Source of the DNA: Candidatus Rokuibacteriota bacterium
Lineage (GTDB): Bacteria > Methylomirabilota > Methylomirabilia > Rokubacteriales > CSP1-6
Reading direction: 5' to 3'
DNA: 64,000 nt
Assembly: GCA_016193045.1 (NCBI GenBank)
Contig: JACPSW010000007.1
Location: 6,487-70,486, forward strand
This document shows, piece by piece, positions 38,421 to 50,266 of this stretch. The translations under genes were made by a program, and so were the position numbers. A model generated the notes under the pieces. The model ran no database searches, was not told where the DNA came from, and worked only from the letters and a program-made list of their open reading frames with translations. Numbering within the stretch: the first letter of the stretch is position 1; the number at the start of each line of letters is the position of its first letter.

Positions 38421-39614
38421 TTAGAAGAACGAGTAGAAGAGGCTGACCGAAACGGTGTCCAGGCTCTGAGAGGTGGGGGTGAGCCCCGGCGTGCGGATCT
38501 TGAACACTTTCTCGTCCGCGCTGTCGTGGCGGTATTCGAGCCGCCCGACCAGGCCCCTCCAGATCTTGTACTGGACGGTCGCCGTCACCTCGTAGAGCGA
38601 GACCTTGGAGCCGGCGGCGACCCCCAGGGTGCGGATCCCGTCGGCGTCCTTGAAGTACTCGAGCCGGAGCGCCGTCCGGAGCTTCTCGGTCCAGTCGTAG
38701 GCCGCGTACGCCGCCCACCCCCACCAGGAGGCGTCGGAGTTGCTCCGGGTCGCGGCCGCGAGCAGCGAGGCCTCGTCGTCCTCCCAGCCGTAGTCGGAGT
38801 TGAGGCCGAGCGTGAGGTTCTTGATCCCGGTGTAGTTCACCACCAGGTCGAAGACGGTCCGGCGCTCTCCCTGGTTGAGCTGCTCGGGCCCGGTGATCCA
38901 CTGGAAGTTCGTGGCGAGGTCCTTCAGCGGGGTCACCGCGATCTGGCCGGTCCAGGAGAGCTTGTCGTTGTTGTCATCGGCCACGTCCCAGCCGACGACC
39001 GGCCCCGCCGAGACGCTCAGCCAGTCGGTGACGGGGTACGACGCCAGCGCCCCCACGTGGGTCAGCGGGATGGCGAAGGTGAACAGGAGCGCGCGGGAGA
39101 AATTCAGGTTGTTCGGCGACTCGATGACCTCGTAGCCGAGCAGCGTCACCCACTTCCCCGCCTTGATCGTGAGCCCGTTCCCGAGGGGGATCATCCCCGA
39201 CACGTACCCCTCCTGGAGATCGTACTTGCGCGTGTTGCGGAACGGGAAGGCGTCGTTGTCGTCCCGGAAGATCCCGATGGCATGGTTCTTCTGCGAATCG
39301 ATCCCCGACGTGACGACGAGGCCGTAGCCGAACGGGTACTTCTCCGACGGGTCCTTCTTGATGCTGAACTCGGCGACGTTGAAGGTGTACCCCTCGTCGA
39401 AGTCGTAGAGGCGGAGCTCGTTGGTGGCGTCCCGCCCCGATCCGGTCAGGTTGAACGTGTAGCTGTTCTCGACGTAGGCGAAGAGCTTGTGCTCCTCCCA
39501 GAGGGTGGGCGGCCTCTTCTCTTCCTTGGTTTTTTCCTGGGCAAACGCGGAGGCAGCCACACACACCAGCAGGCTGGAAAGGACTAGCCTCAACAGCGTT
39601 CTCAGGTTTTTCAC
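38421..39614 (-). CDS. outer-membrane beta-barrel porin (BBP2/OmpL-like)
   Basis: Signal peptide, GKWVTLLGYEVIE..N.NFSR, RLEYRHD, alternating beta pattern, C-terminal Phe. Confidence 0.8.
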   Translation of the reverse strand: MKNLRTLLRLVLSSLLVCVAASAFAQEKTKEEKRPPTLWEEHKLFAYVENSYTFNLTGSGRDATNELRLYDFDEGYTFNVAEFSIKKDPSEKYPFGYGLVVTSGIDSQKNHAIGIFRDDNDAFPFRNTRKYDLQEGYVSGMIPLGNGLTIKAGKWVTLLGYEVIESPNNLNFSRALLFTFAIPLTHVGALASYPVTDWLSVSAGPVVGWDVADDNNDKLSWTGQIAVTPLKDLATNFQWITGPEQLNQGERRTVFDLVVNYTGIKNLTLGLNSDYGWEDDEASLLAAATRSNSDASWWGWAAYAAYDWTEKLRTALRLEYFKDADGIRTLGVAAGSKVSLYEVTATVQYKIWRGLVGRLEYRHDSADEKVFKIRTPGLTPTSQSLDTVSVSLFYSFF

Positions 39615-39690
39615 GTGGAAACTCCTCGTTCGGTCACGCCGTTGGGACCGGTCCCGTGCGCGCGTTTTCCGCGGCCTTTGCTGTACCCGT

Positions 39691-41115
39691 TTAGATGTCG
39701 AAGTAGAGCGCGAACTCCCACGGATGAGGCCGGAGCCGGATGGGGTCCACCTCGTTCTTCCGCTTGTACTCGATCCAGGTCTCGATCAGGTCGGGCGTGA
39801 AGACGTCGCCCTTCAGGAGGAACTCGTGGTCCTTCTCGAGCGCGTCCAGCACCTCGCCGAGCGATCCGGGAAGCTGCTTGACCTTCTTCGCCTCCGCCGG
39901 CGGTAGCTCGTAGAGGTCCTTGTCGATGGGCTTGCCCGGATCGATCTTGTTGGCGACGCCGTCGAGCCCCGCCATGACGCAGGCGGCGAAGGACAGGTAC
40001 GGGTTGCAGGTGGGATCCGGGGTCCTGAACTCGATCCGCTTGGCCTTCTCCGACCGCGAGTACATCGGGATCCGGATGCAGGCCGAGCGGTTCCGCTGGC
40101 TGTACACGAGGTTGATGGGCGCCTCGTAGCCCGGCACCAGCCGGCGGTAGGAGTTCGTCGTGGGCGCGATGATCGCGCAGAGGGCCGGGGCGTGCTTCAG
40201 GATCCCCCCGATGTAGTAGAGGCAGAACTTCGAGATGTCGGCGTAGCCCCCGCGCTCGTACATGAGGTTCTTGCCGTTCTTCCAGAGCGACTGGTGCGTG
40301 TGCATGCCCGAGCCGTTGTCCTGGAAGATCGGCTTGGGCATGAACGTGGCCGTCTTGCCGTGCTTCCGCGCGGTGTTCTTGGCGCAGTACTTGTACCACA
40401 GCACGCTGTCGGCCATCTTCGTCAGCGTGTTGAAGCGCATGTCCACCTCGGTCTGCCCGGCGGTGGCCACCTCGTGGTGGTGCACCTCCACCTTCACGCC
40501 GACCGACTCCAGGGCCAGGACCATGTCGGAGCGGATGTCCTGGAACTTGTCCATGGGCGGCACGGGGAAGTACCCCTGCTTGTAGCGGGGCTTGTAGCCT
40601 AGGTTCGGGCGGTCGGGCGTGCCTTCCTTGCCCGAATTCCAGAAGCCGGCCTCGGAGTCGATGTAGTAGTAGCCACAGTTGTAGGTCTGGTCGAAGCGGA
40701 TCTCGTCGAAGAAGAAGAACTCCAGCTCCGGGCCGATGTACACCGTGTCGGCCACGCCCGACTTCTTCACGTAGGCCTCGACCTTCTGGGCCACGTAGCG
40801 GGGATCGCGGGTGTAGGCCTTGCCCGTGACCGGATCCTTGACGTTACAGATGAGGACGAGGGTCGGCACCGCCGTGAACGGATCCATGGTCACCGACGCG
40901 GGGTCGGGCATCAGCAGCATGTCCGACTCGTCGATCGTCTGGAAGCCGCGGATGGACGAGCCGTCGAAGCCGATCCCCTCCTCGAAGAGGTCCTCGGTGA
41001 GCTCCGCCACCGGGATCGAGAAGTGCTGCCAGAGACCGGGGACGTCGATGAAGCGGAGGTCCACGATCTTGGCGCCCTTCTCCTTGGCCAGCTTGATCGC
41101 TTCTTTCGGGGTCAT
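39691..41115 (-). CDS. glnA: type I glutamine synthetase
   Basis: [39 protein letters not shown] adenylylation motif. Confidence 0.98.
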   Translation of the reverse strand: MTPKEAIKLAKEKGAKIVDLRFIDVPGLWQHFSIPVAELTEDLFEEGIGFDGSSIRGFQTIDESDMLLMPDPASVTMDPFTAVPTLVLICNVKDPVTGKAYTRDPRYVAQKVEAYVKKSGVADTVYIGPELEFFFFDEIRFDQTYNCGYYYIDSEAGFWNSGKEGTPDRPNLGYKPRYKQGYFPVPPMDKFQDIRSDMVLALESVGVKVEVHHHEVATAGQTEVDMRFNTLTKMADSVLWYKYCAKNTARKHGKTATFMPKPIFQDNGSGMHTHQSLWKNGKNLMYERGGYADISKFCLYYIGGILKHAPALCAIIAPTTNSYRRLVPGYEAPINLVYSQRNRSACIRIPMYSRSEKAKRIEFRTPDPTCNPYLSFAACVMAGLDGVANKIDPGKPIDKDLYELPPAEAKKVKQLPGSLGEVLDALEKDHEFLLKGDVFTPDLIETWIEYKRKNEVDPIRLRPHPWEFALYFDI

Positions 41116-41206
41116 GCGTCGCCTCCTGGCGCGAGGCCCCGGCAGGCGCCGGGGCCGGAATGAAGTGGTCGGGACCCAATGAACATACTGGGATGGCCGA
41201 GCAAAA

Positions 41207-42658
41207 TCAAGCGGGCATCGTCGGTTTGGGCGGAGGCTTCATGCCTTCCGCAAAGGCCCCGCCGCTCGTGATCCCGTAGCCCGGGCTCTCCAGCGCATAG
41301 GCGGTCTCCGAGTGCTGGGAGAGATCGAGCCCCGCGACTTCATCCTCCTCCGTGACGCGAAGGCCCATGGTGGCGTCGAGGATCTTCAGAATGATCACGG
41401 TCCCGAAGAACGCCAGCACCCACGACGCCAGGATGGCGACGATCTGCGGGCCCATCTGGGCCGGGTTGCCGGAGAAGAGCCCGTCGCCGCCGGCGTCGTT
41501 GACGGCCTTGGTGGCGAAGAGGCCGGTGGCCAGCGCCCCCCACGTGCCGCCGACGCCATGCACACCGACCACGTCCAGGGAATCGTCGTAGCCCAGCTTG
41601 GTCTTTACGTTGCAGGCGTTATAGCAGAGGAACCCCGCGACGGCGCCGATGATGATGGAGGCCAGCGGTGTGACGAAGCCCGAGGCCGGGGTGATCGCGA
41701 CCAGCCCCGCGACGGCCCCCGACGCCGCGCCCAGGACGGTGGGCTTCCCGCGCATGGCCCACTCCGAGAACATCCAGCCCAGCGCGGCGGATGCGGTGGC
41801 AGTGTTGGTGACGACGAAGGCGCTGGTCGCCAGGGCCCCCGCGCTGATGGCGCTGCCGGCGTTGAAGCCGAACCACCCGAACCAGAGGAGCGCGGCGCCG
41901 GCCACCGTGAGCGGCAGGTTATGGGGGCGCATGGGCTCGTGCCCATAGCCCTTCCGCCGGCCGACGACGAGAGCGGCGGCCAGGGCCGAGACCCCGGAGC
42001 TGATGTGCACCACGGTCCCCCCGGCAAAGTCGAGCGCCCCCCAGCCGCGGAGCCACCCCCCGACCCCCCAGACCCAATGGGCCAGCGGATCGTAGATGAA
42101 CGTGGCCCAGGCCAGGGTGAAGACGATGAAGGTGGAAAACTTGATCCGCTCGGCGAACGCCCCCGTGATGAGCGCGGGCGTGATGATGGCGAACATGAGC
42201 TGGAAGACCATGAACGCCTGGTGGGGCACCGTGGCCCCGTAGTCGGGGTTCGGCTGGAGCCCCACCCCCCGCAGGCCGATCCATTCCAGGCCGCCGATGA
42301 TGCCGCCCTTGTCGGGCCCGAAGGCCAGGCTGTACCCCCACAGCACCCACTGGACCGAGATCAGCGCCAGGATGATGAAGCTCTGCATGATCGTGGCCAG
42401 GGCGTTCTTCGGGCGGACCATTCCGCCGTAGAAGAGGGCCAGGCCGGGCGCCGTCATCAGCAGCACGAGGGCCGAGGAGGTGAGCAGCCAGGCCGTGTCG
42501 CCCGAGTCGATCTTCGGGGCCGGGGCGGGAGCCGCAGCGGGCGCGGCCGGGGGCGGCGCCGCGGTCGGCTGCTGGGCCAGGCCCCACCCGATCGCCGCAA
42601 CGAAGAGAATGAAACAGAAGACTGCCAACGTCAGTGTCGAGCGTCGCGCTGTGACCAC
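41207..42658 (-). CDS. amtB: ammonium transporter
   Basis: [40 protein letters not shown]. Confidence 0.97.
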   Translation of the reverse strand: MVTARRSTLTLAVFCFILFVAAIGWGLAQQPTAAPPPAAPAAAPAPAPKIDSGDTAWLLTSSALVLLMTAPGLALFYGGMVRPKNALATIMQSFIILALISVQWVLWGYSLAFGPDKGGIIGGLEWIGLRGVGLQPNPDYGATVPHQAFMVFQLMFAIITPALITGAFAERIKFSTFIVFTLAWATFIYDPLAHWVWGVGGWLRGWGALDFAGGTVVHISSGVSALAAALVVGRRKGYGHEPMRPHNLPLTVAGAALLWFGWFGFNAGSAISAGALATSAFVVTNTATASAALGWMFSEWAMRGKPTVLGAASGAVAGLVAITPASGFVTPLASIIIGAVAGFLCYNACNVKTKLGYDDSLDVVGVHGVGGTWGALATGLFATKAVNDAGGDGLFSGNPAQMGPQIVAILASWVLAFFGTVIILKILDATMGLRVTEEDEVAGLDLSQHSETAYALESPGYGITSGGAFAEGMKPPPKPTMPA

Positions 42659-42677
42659 TGCGTCACCTCCCCTACGC

Positions 42678-43106
<429 letters not shown>

Positions 43107-43132
43107 TCACCAGGGGGGATGGGGCGACCGCC

Positions 43133-43179
43133 TGCCTACGGATTGGGCAGGCCCCCAACGCCTGCCGCCTGCTTGGGCA
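43133..43179. promoter_or_regulatory. tandem NtrC-type enhancer sites
   Basis: TGCCTACGGATTGGGCA and TGCCGCCTGCTTGGGCA (17 bp each, 30 bp apart); same motif as upstream of urtA. Confidence 0.7.
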
Positions 43180-43182
43180 GAG

Positions 43183-43572
43183 TTACTCCCCTGCCGGCCT
43201 GGATCTGAAGACGAAGTGCGGAGCGCCCGGACTCTGGACGGCCCGGATGGCCGAGTGGAGTGCGCGGAGGCCCGGCGACTTCTCCGCGATACCGACGCAG
43301 GGCGGCGGAGGCGGCCCGCCGGCTGGGAGCGCCGCCGTGCACAGGATCACGGGAACCGTCGAGCCGCGAAGGCTCAGCGCGGCCAGGAACGCGAGGCCAT
43401 CCATGCGGGGCATGTGGAGATCCAGGATGACCAGGTCGGGGGCGAGGGCATCGAAGAGGATGAGCCCCTCGAAGCCGTCCCGGGCCTCGACGACGTCCCA
43501 CTTCCGCTCGAACTCCAGGCGGTAGAGGCTCCGCCAGGCCGGGTCGTCGTCGATGACCAGCAAGGTCGCCAT
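43183..43572 (-). CDS. single-domain response regulator (REC)
   Basis: LLVIDDD, DLVILDLHMPRMDG, PVILCT. Confidence 0.8.
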   Translation of the reverse strand: MATLLVIDDDPAWRSLYRLEFERKWDVVEARDGFEGLILFDALAPDLVILDLHMPRMDGLAFLAALSLRGSTVPVILCTAALPAGGPPPPPCVGIAEKSPGLRALHSAIRAVQSPGAPHFVFRSRPAGE

Positions 43573-43585
43573 GACCGGTGGAGGG

Positions 43586-43601
43586 TGCAAACCTGCTGCC
43601 G
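43586..43601 (-). promoter_or_regulatory. sigma-54 promoter of the single-domain REC gene
   Basis: CGGCAG-caggt-TTGCA, with an AT-rich IHF-like tract upstream. Confidence 0.6.
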
Positions 43602-43700
43602 CGAGCGCGAGAAACAGAAAAACAGAGGCTTAGAAAGCGCGACGCGGCGAATGGCCGTTCGAGAAATAACGCAGTGGTCGGAAGTCCGTCAGTCGGCCGA

Positions 43701-43794
43701 CCCCCTCACCTTTATCCTCCCCCCCCCACCCTGCCTCTCCCCAGTGGGGAGAGGAGAAGAGGTGAGGGGCATTCGAGTGGGGCAGGGTGAGGGG
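43701..43794. repeat. REP-like CCCTCACC/GGGGAGAG palindrome (family copy 2)
   Basis: CCCCTCACC..CCTCTCCCCAgTGGGGAGAGG..GGTGAGGGG. Confidence 0.75.
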
Positions 43795-43799
43795 CGGCG

Positions 43800-45157
<1,358 letters not shown>

Positions 45158-45161
<4 letters not shown>

Positions 45162-46630
45162 GGCTGCCTCACCGGCAGGAGCACCCGCACGCGGGTCCCC
45201 TGCCCGAGCCGGCTGTCGATCTGGATCTGCCCGCCGTGGAGGTCCGCGACGGACCTGGCGATGGCCATGCCCAGACCGGTGCCGTGCGGTTTGGTGGTGA
45301 AGAAGAGGTCGAAGGCTCGCGAGAGTGTCTCGTCGGACATTCCGCACCCGGTATCCTCGATCGTCACCTGGATCTCCTCGCTCTGATGGGTGACCGCCAC
45401 GGTCAGCGTCCCCTCGTCGCCCATGGCATCCAGGCCGTTCAGCAGGAGGTTCATGAAGACCTTTCTGAGCTCCCGGGGATCCAGCAGCGCGTCCGGTACG
45501 TCGGCCGCGTACTGCCGCTCGACGCGGATCCGCCTCCCCGCCAGGCGATCCTGGGCGAGGGAGAGGCAGTCGTCGAGGAGCTGGGCCACCTTGACCGGCT
45601 CGCGTTTCAATTCGGAGGGCCGGCCGAAGGCCGTGATCTCGGTGACGAGGTCGGAGAGGTGGTCGATGGCCCGCCCGATCTTCTGGGCCAGCTCGCCGAG
45701 CTCGGGATCCTGGACGGTCCCGAGCCGCTTTTCCAGATGGCGGGCGTAGAGCTTCAGCCCGCCGAGGGGATTCTTCAGCTCGTGGGCGACCTGGGCGGCC
45801 ATCCGTCCCAAGGCGGCCAGGGCTCCGCTTCGCAGCTGGGAGAGTTCGTGAGCGTTCTTGAGCGCCACCGCGGCCTGGAAGGAGAAGAGGGCCAGGAGCT
45901 CGAGGTCCTCCGGCGTGGGAGACACCCGCTCGGGGCATTCGACGACGAGGGCTCCCATTGGTCCCCCGCGGACCACGAGGGGGGCGGCGAGCGCGACGCG
46001 CCCGTCCGTCCCCGTGAGCATCGTGGGCACTCCCTTCTCCACCGCCGCCTGCGCGGCAGCCTGAAGGGGCTCCCACGCCTTGGGCTGCGTCCCCGCGCTG
46101 GCCATGGGGATGAGCTGGTCCCGCTCGAGCAGGAAGACGACCGAGCGCTCGGCTTCGGTCGCCTCCACCGTGGCCTGGGCCACGGCATCCAGGATCCGCT
46201 CCATCACGCCGGACGACGCGAGCGTCTCCCCCACCACCTTGAGCCGGCCGCGGTCGCGGGCCCAGCGGCGCTCCGACAGGGCCCGGCCCACCCGGGTCCG
46301 CAGCTCCTCGGGGTTGAAGGGCTTGGTGAGATAGTCGAAGGCCCCCCGCTGGATCGCCGCCACCGCCTCCTCGATGGAGCCGTGGGCCGCCATGATGAGC
46401 ACCGGCAGCCCCGGCAGCCGCTCGCGGGCCGCCTCCATCAGGGCGATCCCGTCCATGCGCTCCATGCGGAGGTCGAAGAGCGCAAGGTCGAATCCTCCTC
46501 CGTCCAGCGCCGCCAGCGCCTCCCGGGAGCCACCCACGGCCGTCACCTGGAGCCCAAGGGCCTCGAGCCGCCTCCCTAGCACCTCGCGGATTTTCGCGTC
46601 GTCATCGACAACGAGTACACGCCCCTTCAC
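45158..46630 (-). CDS. cytoplasmic hybrid histidine kinase (REC-GAF-HisKA-HATPase)
   Basis: N-terminal REC, GAF-like segment, AHELKNPL, NLLLNG, FFTTKPHGTGLG. No TM helix. Confidence 0.88.
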
Positions 46631-46846
46631 GGCATCCTCTTCTGGTGTGGCTTCGACAGTAGCACAAGGACTTGGCCAGTGTCACGCAGCTGACACCTGC
46701 CTCTCCCCCCATTGTCCCACCCCGGACGGAACCGGAGGCGGGCCGGACGCACTGGTTCAGTGATTTTCATTTAAAACTCAATGGGTTTGATATCTCTGGC
46801 GTGCCGACAGCCCCCGCTTATTCCTGCAAGCCGAAGGCCGACCGAT

Positions 46847-46870
46847 GGGGTCAGGCATGCGTATTTGCGT
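46847..46870 (+). repeat. REP-like half element GGGGTCAGGCATGCGTATTTGCGT
   Basis: Matches both arms of the hairpin at 60504-60562. Confidence 0.65.
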
Positions 46871-46878
46871 TACGGGGG

Positions 46879-47328
46879 CTAGCGGGCGGGAGTGGGGGCG
46901 ATCTGGGTGGCCACGAGCGTGGCGATCAGCTTGCCCCGCTCGTCTCTGACCTTGACCTCGACGACGAGAGTTGTGCGCCCGCGGTGGATGATCTCCGCCT
47001 CCGCCGTCAGGGTGCCCTGGCCGGCGTTGCCGACGAGGTTGACCGAGAGCTGGATGGTGAGGGGGAACAGCTCGGGCTTGAGCTCCCCGGTGGGGTTGGC
47101 CTCCCACATGGCGGCGGCCGTGGCCGTCTCGTCGGCAAAGGCGATGATGGCGCCGGCGTGGAAGCGCCCGGTGAGCTGGGTCAGCTCCGGCTTGAAGGCC
47201 AGCTCCGCTCGCGCCTTCCCCTCGCCCGCGCTGATGAAGCGGGTGCCGTGGGCGCCGATCATGGTGCCCCGGGCCCACTCGTTCAGCTTCTGGGCATAGG
47301 CGCGGGGATCGAGCCGCTCAGAACTCAC
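46879..47328 (-). CDS. PaaI family hot-dog thioesterase
   Basis: QLTGRFHAGAIIAFADET, LSVNLV, HRGRTTLVVEV. Confidence 0.85.
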   Translation of the reverse strand: MSSERLDPRAYAQKLNEWARGTMIGAHGTRFISAGEGKARAELAFKPELTQLTGRFHAGAIIAFADETATAAAMWEANPTGELKPELFPLTIQLSVNLVGNAGQGTLTAEAEIIHRGRTTLVVEVKVRDERGKLIATLVATQIAPTPAR

Positions 47329-48583
47329 GCCTTCGCTCTAGCAGGTGGTAGATGTTCTGGGCGCGGGTCTCCTTGACGAGGAACGCCACCAGCGCGGCCC
47401 CGAGCACGAGGAGCGCGCAGACGAAGAAGGCGAAGCGGTACGCCTCGAGCGGATAGACCCGCGCGCCCCCTTCCATCGCTCCGGCCCAGCGGGCATCCAG
47501 CAGCGCCCCCATCGGCACCTGGGTCACCGCCGCCCCGAGGAAGCCGCCGAGGTTCACCACGGCCACGCTCACGCCCGCCAGGTGCGGGGGATTGACCTCC
47601 CGGCCGATGGGCCAGGTCAGGACGAAGGCCCCGCCGAAGAGCCCCAGCGTGAAGAGGAGCGCGTAGAGGCTGCCCAGGGCGAGTTGACCGAGCGTCAGGA
47701 CGAACACTCCCCAGAGGAGCAGGTAGATCCAGCAGAGCACGATATAGGGGAGCCGGCGAAGCCCGAGGACCCGGTCGGAGAGATAGCCGGTGAGCGGCCC
47801 CGAAAAGATCACCGCGACCCAGGTGGCGGTCACATAGGTCGCCGCTCGCCCGAGCGAAAGCCCGTAGACATCGCGGAAGAAGGGAATCCCCCAGAGCATC
47901 AGGTTGCTGGCGGCGCCGTAGAGGCCGAAGAACGTCAGAAAGGGGGGCCAGGTATGCGGGTTCCTCAGGATGCGCCACGTTCCCTTCATGATCTGCGCGA
48001 AGGTCTGGGAAGGGGCGGCCTCGGCGGCGCCGGGGCGGTCGCGCACGAGAGCCCAGCAGAGGAGGGACGCGACGAGGGAGACCAGCCCCACCCAGACGAA
48101 CCCCCAGCGCCAGCCGACGGCGCCGGCCAGGAACGCGAACGGCGCGGTAGCGGCCAGGGCGCCCAGCACGCCCATCGTGGAGGTGAGCGCCGACACGGTT
48201 CCGAACCAGCGCGGGGGGAACCAGACCGCCGCCACCTTGAGCGCCCCCACGAAGGTGACCGAGGCGCCGAGGCCGATCAGGAGCCGCCCGGCAAAGAGCG
48301 GCCCCCCGCTCCACGCCCACCCCATGAGGAACGTGCCGAGCGCCATCAGGGTGCCGCCCACCGCCACCACCCGCCGCGGGCCGTAGGCGTCCACCAGGAG
48401 CCCGGCGGGCAGCATGAGCCCGGCGTAGGCGTAGAAGTAGAGCGAGGAGAGCAGGCCGACCAGCGCGCCGCCGCCCTGAAAGGCGGCCATGAGCTCTTTG
48501 GCAACGGTCCCCGGCGCGACCCGATGGAAGAAGGCGATCAGGAAAATGAAGGACGGGACTCCCCACATCACCCATGGGCGCAT
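47318..48583 (-). CDS. MFS transporter
   Basis: About 12 hydrophobic helices, GLLVDAYGPRR motif A, GYLSDR. Confidence 0.9.
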   Translation of the reverse strand: MRPWVMWGVPSFIFLIAFFHRVAPGTVAKELMAAFQGGGALVGLLSSLYFYAYAGLMLPAGLLVDAYGPRRVVAVGGTLMALGTFLMGWAWSGGPLFAGRLLIGLGASVTFVGALKVAAVWFPPRWFGTVSALTSTMGVLGALAATAPFAFLAGAVGWRWGFVWVGLVSLVASLLCWALVRDRPGAAEAAPSQTFAQIMKGTWRILRNPHTWPPFLTFFGLYGAASNLMLWGIPFFRDVYGLSLGRAATYVTATWVAVIFSGPLTGYLSDRVLGLRRLPYIVLCWIYLLLWGVFVLTLGQLALGSLYALLFTLGLFGGAFVLTWPIGREVNPPHLAGVSVAVVNLGGFLGAAVTQVPMGALLDARWAGAMEGGARVYPLEAYRFAFFVCALLVLGAALVAFLVKETRAQNIYHLLERRREF

Positions 48584-48641
48584 GCAGAGCCTGACCCTAT
48601 CATCCCCGGTATTTGCGGCGCAAGCCGCGGCGTTTTCTCTT

Positions 48642-48808
48642 GGGCCGTGCCGAGAACCGAGCCGGGTACCCACCGTAGGTGGGTGGAGGCCCGAGGGAGG
48701 AGGCCACCGGAGGCGTAACGACCCAGCCCGCCTGCGGCGGGACTGGGTGCCCGCAAAGGAATGCCGACGACCGAGAACGACGGGATGCGATGGTTATCGG
48801 CACGGCCC
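48642..48808. mobile_element. MITE-like element with 17-bp terminal inverted repeats
   Basis: GGGCCGTGCCGAGAACC ... GGTTATCGGCACGGCCC (1 mismatch), 167 bp, no credible ORF, several internal hairpins. Confidence 0.65.
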
Positions 48809-48869
48809 TGCCGGTTGCAATACGGTCCCTCATAGCCTAGCATGGGGCATCCCCGAGGAGGCTCTGCCA

Positions 48870-49832
48870 GTGAACTTCGGCTTCTCGATCCCCGGTCGCG
48901 GGCCGCTTGCCGACCCCGAGCTGATCCTCAAGCTGGTCCCCAAGGCGGAGCAGCTCGGCTATTCCTCCCTCTTCGTGACCGACCACGTGGTGCTTCCCAC
49001 TGCCAGCCGGTCCGTGTACCCGTACCAGCCGTCGGGCCAGTTTCCCGGAGGCTACGATCAGGATTACCTGGAGCCGCTGACCCTCATGAGCTACCTGGCG
49101 GCCGCCACGAAGAAGATCCGCCTGGGAACGAGCGTCCTGATCGTGCCTTACCGGAACCCCCTCGTGGCGGCCAAGATGCTGGCCACCCTGGACGTGCTCT
49201 CGGGCGGGCGGGTCATCGTCGGCGCGGGCGTCGGCTGGCTCCAGGAGGAGTTCGCCGCGCTGGGCGCGCCGCCGTTCGGCGAGCGCGGCAGGGTCACGGA
49301 CGAGTACATCCGGCTGATGCGCGAGTGCTGGACCAAGGACCGGATCGACTTCCAGGGAACGTATTACCGGGTGAGCGACATCGTGTTCCTGCCCAAGCCC
49401 GTCCAGAAGCCGGCGATCCCGATCTGGATTGGCGGCCACACCGAGGGAGCGCTGCGCCGCGCCGGGGAGCTGGGCGACGGCTGGCACCCGATCGGCCTCC
49501 GCCCTCCGGCGCTCCTCCATCCGCCGGAGTACGCCGAGAAGGTGAAGAAGATCCACACCTGGGCGGCGCGGGCCGGGCGCAACCCGAAGCAGATCACGCT
49601 GACCCTCCGCGCGCCGATGGAGGTGTGGCCGAAGCGGGCCAAGCCCCCCGCCGGCGAGCGACCGCTGCTGCGGGGCACGGCCGAGCAGGTGGTCGCCGAC
49701 ATCCGCCAGTACCAGGCGCTCGGCGTGACGCACTTCGTCTTCGATCACACCGCGACCGATTTCAAGGCCATCGCGGCCAACATGGAGCGCTTTGCGGAGG
49801 AGGTGAGGCCCAAGGTGAGGCGCGCCCCGTGA
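48870..49832 (+). CDS. LLM-class (luciferase-like) probable F420-dependent oxidoreductase
   Basis: FVTDHVV, RLGTSVLIVPYRNP, LDVLSGGR, GVGW..EEF. SD GAGGAGG. Heads the cof cluster. Confidence 0.9.
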   Translation: MNFGFSIPGRGPLADPELILKLVPKAEQLGYSSLFVTDHVVLPTASRSVYPYQPSGQFPGGYDQDYLEPLTLMSYLAAATKKIRLGTSVLIVPYRNPLVAAKMLATLDVLSGGRVIVGAGVGWLQEEFAALGAPPFGERGRVTDEYIRLMRECWTKDRIDFQGTYYRVSDIVFLPKPVQKPAIPIWIGGHTEGALRRAGELGDGWHPIGLRPPALLHPPEYAEKVKKIHTWAARAGRNPKQITLTLRAPMEVWPKRAKPPAGERPLLRGTAEQVVADIRQYQALGVTHFVFDHTATDFKAIAANMERFAEEVRPKVRRAP

Positions 49833-50266
49833 GCGCCCTGCTCGCGCCGGAGGTGAGCGACTTCCTCAAGGCCGGGCGGGTCGCGCGCCTCGGCACCGCC
49901 GACGCGACGGGCCAGCCGCTGGTCGTTCCGATCTGCTACGCCTTCGACGGCCGCCACTGCTACTCGGCCATCGACGCCAAGCCCAAGCGGCAGGTCCCCG
50001 GCCGGCTCAAGCGGGTGAGGAACATCAGGGAAAACTCGCGGGTCTCGCTCCTCGTGGACCACTACGACGAAGAGTGGAGCCGGCTCCGGTACGTCGTCCT
50101 CCAAGGCCGGGCCGACCTCCTCTCGGAAGGCGCCGAGTTCGCGCACGCGGTGGATCTCCTGCTCGAGAAGTATGCGCAGTATCGCGCCATGAGCCTCGAC
50201 CGCGGCTCGGGGCTGGTGATCAAGATCACTCCCGAGCGGGTGATCCAGTGGAGCTTCGCGGCGTGA
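49829..50266 (+). CDS. PPOX-class F420-dependent oxidoreductase (Rv0121-like)
   Basis: RVARLGTAD, YSAIDAKPK, LKRVRNI, VDHYDEEW. Confidence 0.88.
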   Translation: MSALLAPEVSDFLKAGRVARLGTADATGQPLVVPICYAFDGRHCYSAIDAKPKRQVPGRLKRVRNIRENSRVSLLVDHYDEEWSRLRYVVLQGRADLLSEGAEFAHAVDLLLEKYAQYRAMSLDRGSGLVIKITPERVIQWSFAA

